DNA of 62,962 nucleotides, filler included, from Collodictyon triciliatum (Eukaryota), in NCBI GenBank assembly GCA_043381765.1. It is 10 parts of 10 records of this genome, joined end to end, with 100 filler letters (N's around TTAATTAATTAA, not from the genome) between each part and the next. Parts side by side here need not be neighbours in the genome. Positions count along the whole stretch, not along the records: positions 54,205 to 60,877 come from JBHJMP010004320.1; positions 60,978 to 62,962 come from JBHJMP010004503.1; 8 more parts are not named here. One strand, given 5' to 3'. The notes under the pieces are model-generated. The model ran no database searches, was not told the DNA's origin, and saw only the letters and a program-made list of their open reading frames with translations. The position numbers and the translations under genes are program-made. Shown here piece by piece: positions 57,329 through 62,962 of the stretch. How positions within the stretch are numbered: the stretch's first letter is position 1; the number at the start of each line of letters is the position of its first letter.

Positions 57329-60300
57329 CTAAGCGTCATTATTGGCCTCGAACTCTGATTCGAGTGTCTCATGCACCTGGGACGAGACAACAATATTCCA
57401 TGCCTCTCTTATCAGCTCGTCCGTGGGTGGCAAGTTGCTTTGGAGTGTGCTGTATTTGTCGGGAAATTAATGGGATTAAATGCTTCTCAAAATATTATTT
57501 TGAACATGTAAAAAAAAGCTGCCCTTATTGTATAAGGGAGAAGAGGTGAGAATTTTTTGTACTTATCTATTCTTAAGAAATGATAAGATTGCTTATAAGG
57601 AAAAAAAAAGGAAAAAAAGGAAAAAAGGCTCACCGAAAGTAGTTGAGAGTCGATTCAAAGTCGAGAGCAACAATCTGGTCTAAATGGTGATATTATATAA
57701 AACATTAAGACTTATTCAACTAGGTTTTTATTTGTCATATTTATCATCTTTTTTATATTATTTCTTTTCTTTCCTCTTAATCCCTTGCTAATTTTTATCA
57801 CATTTTTATTTTCATCTTTTTATTAGGTTTGGTTTTCGTTGGTTTTTGTTTTATAAAATATAAAAGTTAGTGATTGTCCCACCTTGAACGTGTCGCATGA
57901 TTGCAAGTGCAACACGAAGGAGGATATTCAGGTTCTTTTCGGCTAGAAGAATATCCCAAATCCGGTAGACAACTAACAGAGTAGAATATTTTAGCCTCCA
58001 CATAATTACAGCAATGAGGGGAAATGTGCATGCATCAGATGACAATTACAAATCAGAACAAACCTGGAAGAGGGAAGTTGTAAGAATACAATGTTATAAA
58101 CCAATGATTGACGTACAAACTAGCCTCGATGCTATATCCTTTCTGTATTTCGGCGCAGGTTAGTTAATTAAAAAAAAAAAAAAACAGCTGACAAAATCAA
58201 TACATAGACATGTAAATAAATCGTATTGTATTAACAAATCAGAACTTCTGCGAGAAAATAAATCGACACATAGATTAAGATAATAAAAATAATGTTCATA
58301 AGCGTACCAGATGATTATGAAGTTTAGGTAGAAGGTGCTCCAGAATCCTATCGAACTATAATTTGATGGAAATATCGAGTTTAGCGGTAAGCTTAAATCA
58401 TATTAAATCGCTCCAAAACTACATGGCATCAAAAGACATAAAATGAAAAAAAATGGGATTATGGTGTGTTTCATTCGCTTGTATTATTTGTTGTTTGTTA
58501 TTTGTTCATTTGTTCATTTGTTCATTTGTTCATTTGTTCATTTGTTCATTTGTTTATTTGTTTATTTGTTCATTTGTTCATTTGTTCATTTGTTCATTTG
58601 TTCATTTGTTCATTTTTTATTTATTTGTTTATTTGTTTATTTGTTTATTTGTTTATTTGTTTATTTGTTTATTTGTTTATTTGTTTATTTGTTTATTTGT
58701 TTATTTGGTCATTTGGTCATTTGTTTATTTGGTCATTTGTTTTTACTTTTGTTCTTGTTTAATATGAAAAAAAAAAAGCTGAGGTCATCAAAAGGCATGA
58801 GACGGAAAAAAAGTACACCTTGTACATCAAAAGTCTTATCGCTCTTGCACCAGGCTGGAAAAGCTCGTTGAGGTGAAGCGTTTTCATTAATTGGACATAC
58901 GTCCAGAATGCCTCCTATACATAATTATTGATAAGGTCATTCATGAATATACTCGAATTTTTTTATTTTATTTTTTTTGCATTTAATTATACATATGTGT
59001 ACAAATTTTGATAATTAAGTAATAAAAAAAAAAATACTTCGGGTTTCATAATCAACAGCAATATCCCGCCCACAAAATTCATTCCTTGGCAATAACCAAT
59101 CGATTGGTCTAAAACAGAGTATGCTCGCAAGAGGTCTGACAGTAGCTTCTTTCTGGAGTTCCATATGATTATATATTAGAATCCATTGCGGTTGGTCCAC
59201 ATTCTTAAAAAAGAAAATACACATTTGCTCCCAAAAAAATGTGCATCTGTCTGGGTATATCCACCCAGAAATTATGAGGATATTTTTTTATTTTTTATTT
59301 ATTTATTTTTGCATATTATTTGCTCACCCTTCAGCAGAGTCCCTGAACATAGGATGATCTGGAAATGTTCTACTCACGTCGTTGCCAATTTTATGCTCAA
59401 CACAACTCTTGGAGTTGACGAGGAACTAGAGCGTGGAATGGGGAAAACATGTAAGGAATTTATTTGGAAAAAAAAAACATAACATCAATAGATATGTAGA
59501 AACATGCGAGTAGAATCGTGAGTAAGGCAAACTTCATAAACTCCTGGATTCTTTTCGATAAAATCACAGCTGCACGTAATTGTTTTCCATATGTCTCTTC
59601 GCATGTTCTCGGGAAACCCACTCCAAACAAGCGTAAGAATCTGGGAATGAACATAGATATGTATGAGCGATGAATTGCCAAATTGAGTAAATTAGGAGAT
59701 GTGAGAGTTTAATAAAGAATTAAGCATATGCACAGATTAGACAAGATGACAAGAAAACATAGGCCAGGGGGAGAGGGATAAAAGCTTAGGGATTGAAGAC
59801 ATCTATTCACCTTTCGCTCCTTGATCTTTTCTTGTCTCCAAGTCTGCGTGATTTCGCTGTAATCAGCGTCACGGTTATCGGTTGAATTTATCTTCAGGGG
59901 CAGCGAAGTAATCGAATGGCGAAATGAAAAGGCGGCAGGTGATAATACTGCTGTGGCCCGCATGAAAGATGGAACGCTGGTAGAAACACGGTGTAGATTG
60001 GACGAATGCATGTCTTCTTTAGACTCTGCTCTCCGCAATGGGATTCTGGTCATGGGCGGTGTCTTCTTGCCGGTCTGATTCTTTGTGCTGTCAGCGTTCG
60101 AAGTGGGCGACGTCGGTCCAGTTGAAGGCAACACAGTGATGTCTGGCACACTTTGAGAGCGATGCGGCATATTGCTTTCCCAGGAATGAACTCCGTCCTT
60201 TTTGTTACATAACGGATTGATAATCATGAACAACAGGAAAGTATTTATCATGAGGGAAATGCTCGCCAACCTTGTGAGTTCGCTTCTGGGATGGAGAGAA

Positions 60301-60357
60301 CTTATTGCTGATAGTCTGTGGGCGGACCGGGCGGAATGCGATGCATGGCTCAGTCAT
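57329..60357 (-). CDS. TBC-domain Rab GTPase-activating protein, multi-exon
   Basis: Spliced: [25 protein letters not shown] (Arg finger), GYCQGMNF (Gln finger), [19 protein letters not shown]. Stop at 57329-57331. Confidence 0.9.
58487..58742. repeat. Intronic 8-bp minisatellite (TTTGTTCA / TTTGTTTA / TTTGGTCA)n
   Basis: Direct read; lies in a TBC gene intron. Confidence 0.9.
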
Positions 60358-60640
60358 GTTTTCACTTAAAAGAAAAAAACCAGAGAAATGGGTCAGGTGT
60401 GGAAATCTTCTAGTCGATTTCTTTGGTCGATGGTTGCAGAAAGTGTTATATCGGGATGCAATGATTTTTCAGTCTGCCAAAGAACGCGGTATATGTGGTG
60501 AAAATAGGCTATTCTATTGGTTAATTCTAGGGTGGGTGTTTTTTGTTTTATTTTTTGTTTTATTTTTTGTTTTATTTTTTGTTTTATTTTTTGTTTTATT
60601 TTTTGTTTTATTTTTTGTTTTATTTTTTGTTTTTTTTTTT

Positions 60641-60722
<82 letters not shown>

Positions 60723-60977
60723 TTTTTTTTTTTTTTTTATTTTTTTTTTTATTTTTTGTTTTATTTTTTGTTTTATTTTTTGTTTTATTTTTTGTTTTAT
60801 TTTTTGTTTTATTTTTTTGTTTTATTTTTTTGTTTTATTTTTTTGTTTTATTTTTTTGTTTTATTTTTTTGTTTTATNNNNNNNNNNNNNNNNNNNNNNN
60901 NNNNNNNNNNNNNNNNNNNNNTTAATTAATTAANNNNNNNNNNNNNNNNNNNNNNNNNNNNNNNNNNNNNNNNNNNN

Positions 60978-61113
60978 AGCAATGGCCCATCAGCTTTGGT
61001 AGTGCTAATCAACTGTAGTAATTTGGCTTTCAGCTAATCGCGTTTTTTAGTGGCCAAGCCAGCAGCAGGAACAATATTCCCCAAACTGCGTTAAGCCCCA
61101 GAACGTTAGCGGC
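60978..61113 (+). repeat. attC-like repeat, copy 1 (5' truncated by contig start)
   Basis: Differs from copy 2 by 3 substitutions over about 130 nt. Ends ...AAGCCCCAGAAC-GTTAGCGGC. Confidence 0.88.
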
Positions 61114-61122
61114 AACCTTAAT

Positions 61123-62046
61123 ATGACAAACCCTCCTAGAAACCACCACTACGTGCCTCAATGTTATTTGAATTCTTTTACAAACTCCCAAAAGAAATTT
61201 TGGAAGATGCGTATTGATAATAATAGGATTTCAGAAACTATGCCTGTTAAGGTCTGCTATGAAATTGATTCAAATCGATTTAGAAACAAGCAATTACTAG
61301 AAATAAATAATCTTGACGATGAATATTTCATCGAAAAACACTCCTTTAAAATTCAGGAAAATAATTTTAGTAAAGCTCTTCATGAATTAATCAAGTTCAA
61401 AAAAGAGCAAATAATAATTGATAAAACAAGGCACCAAATTTTTCTTGAAACACTGGTTACTATAAAGAGAAGGAATCCCGATTCAAGAAACAAAATAATT
61501 CAAGTTTTTAAGGAAAGCTATCAAACTCAGGAGGGCATTCAAAAATTTTTAGAATTTTTTTTAGAAGAATCGGGCAATCAAAAGATTACTCCAGAGATCA
61601 AAATTAATATAAAGAATTTTCTTGCAAACGAGTCACAGGATCCCAATCGTCTTCATGATATGTATCTTAGTGCTTACTTGAACAAGGTCGATTATACAAC
61701 GATTGCCAATATAACCCGTGATTTCTATCATTTAAAGCAATATATACTCCATACTCCTATAGGTCAACAGTTTATAACTTCAGACAATCCCGGTTTTACA
61801 TTAGCGGGCAATACAATCATTAGTCTTGGCGGTTTAGGAGGTCGATTTGAATTTTATTTTCCGCTTTCGCCAACAACCTGTCTTTATCTGAAATCAACAG
61901 ATATAGAGCAAACCGATGCTATCGAAAAAATAATATATCCAGTGATGATTAACAAGTCTGACGTAACCCAAATCAATAAAGCAACAAAATCAATAAGCAT
62001 GAAAAATGTTTTTGCTTATAATAAGGAAACACTAGAAAAATTGTAG
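61123..62046 (+). CDS. DUF4238-like bacterial protein (gene cassette 1)
   Basis: Intronless 307 aa. N-terminal HHYVPQCYL, FITSDNPG and YFPLSPTTCL match the DUF4238 pattern as recalled; no HMM run. Confidence 0.8.
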   Translation: MTNPPRNHHYVPQCYLNSFTNSQKKFWKMRIDNNRISETMPVKVCYEIDSNRFRNKQLLEINNLDDEYFIEKHSFKIQENNFSKALHELIKFKKEQIIIDKTRHQIFLETLVTIKRRNPDSRNKIIQVFKESYQTQEGIQKFLEFFLEESGNQKITPEIKINIKNFLANESQDPNRLHDMYLSAYLNKVDYTTIANITRDFYHLKQYILHTPIGQQFITSDNPGFTLAGNTIISLGGLGGRFEFYFPLSPTTCLYLKSTDIEQTDAIEKIIYPVMINKSDVTQINKATKSISMKNVFAYNKETLEKL

Positions 62047-62049
62047 GCA

Positions 62050-62221
62050 GCCGCTAACAATAGGCTTTACGCAATTTGGGTTTCAGTAATGGCCAATCAG
62101 CTTTGGTAGTGCTAATCAACTGTAGTAATTTGGCTTTCAGCTAATCGCGTTTTTTAGTGGCCAAGCCGGCAGCAGGAACAATATTCCCCAAACTGCGTTA
62201 AGCCCCAGAACGTTGTGCGCA
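62050..62221 (+). repeat. attC-like repeat, complete copy 2 (~167 bp from CGCTAAC to GTTGTGC)
   Basis: AAC (62056-58) and GTT (62212-14) cores. Inverted arms GGCTTTACGCAATTTGGG (62063-80) and CCCAAACTGCGTTAAGCC (62187-204), 16/18 paired. Confidence 0.9.
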
Positions 62222-62226
62222 ATTTT

Positions 62227-62844
62227 ATGAACCCTGTACGTTTAGAAGATACTATAAAATTTTTGAAGGATAATATCGATCCACTTGAAGATATTGCATA
62301 TGGTCCTGGCTATAGAGCTTCAGTATTTTTATTAGATGGTACATATTTGCCATGCGTCATTTTCCGAAATTCTAAAACAATAATTGACTTAGCTATAAAT
62401 CGGTTTAAAAAAGAGCAGACAGCCAACAATTTATTTCAAAGGTTTTCAAATCGTAAATATAGAGAAGCTGTAAAGACATTTGTTGCTAGTGGTAATAGTA
62501 TAAAACTTAGTGATATTGGAAAGGTCCAAAAAAGTCGTTTTGCTTTTCCAATAAGTATCCACAATCAAATAAAGGGAGAAACTGCAATGAGTTGGACTGC
62601 ATTTGTTGCAAAATTCAAAGATGGAAGATTCCTTAGTTTTGGTACAACTTGGAATTGGGAATTTTTTGATTTGCCTGAAAATTATCTTGTAGAGGATATT
62701 ATTGAAATAATAAATCATAGCTATATAACAAAAACAGGCGAGATTATTCGACACGGATCTATAGATAGGGCACTTCAATGGGATAAATTAGAAACAATTC
62801 ATAGACCACGTCAATTTTTTGATTGTTATTTAGATCATTTGTAA
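62227..62844 (+). CDS. Hypothetical bacterial protein (gene cassette 2), 205 aa from ATG 62227
   Basis: Intronless ORF filling the interval between two repeats. The ORF-track GTG start at 62215 lies within the repeat core. Confidence 0.8.
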   Translation: MNPVRLEDTIKFLKDNIDPLEDIAYGPGYRASVFLLDGTYLPCVIFRNSKTIIDLAINRFKKEQTANNLFQRFSNRKYREAVKTFVASGNSIKLSDIGKVQKSRFAFPISIHNQIKGETAMSWTAFVAKFKDGRFLSFGTTWNWEFFDLPENYLVEDIIEIINHSYITKTGEIIRHGSIDRALQWDKLETIHRPRQFFDCYLDHL

Positions 62845-62869
62845 CATGACTTAAATGAAAATATAATAC

Positions 62870-62962
62870 TGCGCACAACAATAGGCTTTACGCAATTTGG
62901 GTTTTAGCAATGGCCCATCAGCTTTGGTAGTGCTAATCAACTGTAGTAATTTGGCTTTCAGC
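62870..62962 (+). repeat. attC-like repeat, copy 3 (3' truncated by window end)
   Basis: TGCGCACAAC-AATAGGCTTTACGCAATTTGGG... matches the copy 2 left arm and the copy 1 body. Confidence 0.88.

Noticed and set aside
57650-57660. CTTTGAATCGA on the minus strand as another LINE-tail copy
   Set aside because: Only 11 nt match, it lies in a TBC coding exon (DFES), and there is no tail or TSD.
60878-62962. Horizontal transfer of bacterial genes next to the TBC gene
   Set aside because: The junction is the artificial spacer, so there is no evidence of physical linkage.
60978-62962. Excised two-cassette circle, suggested by 57 identical nt at both ends (60978-61034 and 62906-62962)
   Set aside because: Both ends simply lie within the repeat. 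Neighbouring contigs are about 6.67 kb, so the window probably truncates a longer contig.
60978-62962. CRISPR array
   Set aside because: Repeats are about 167 bp and the intervals are whole ORFs of 0.6-0.9 kb. No cas genes.

Overview
This window is not one locus. It is ten unrelated contigs, nine of about 6.67 kb and a last one cut by the window edge, joined by an artificial spacer (44 N + TTAATTAATTAA + 44 N). Nine contigs come from an AT-rich, intron-dense eukaryote, probably a protist. Manual splicing gives a cluster of decayed non-LTR retrotransposons and these genes: cyclic-nucleotide-domain K+ channel, glutaredoxin-like/AIR9-Ig/PH-like protein, LUFS protein, carnitine acyltransferase, CLC antiporter, lipin, ERCC6/CSB, macro-WWE-PARP, ADCK1-like kinase, CaaX-ended putative pseudokinase and TBC Rab-GAP. 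The last contig (60978-62962) is bacterial, probably Bacteroidota-like. It is an integron-like cassette array: single ORFs separated by near-identical ~167 bp attC-like hairpin repeats, with each cassette's two ends complementary to each other, as expected for excisable cassettes. The second highlight is a 23-bp LINE-tail micro-insertion with perfect 17-bp target-site duplications in introns. All gene models were spliced by eye and no database searches were run.
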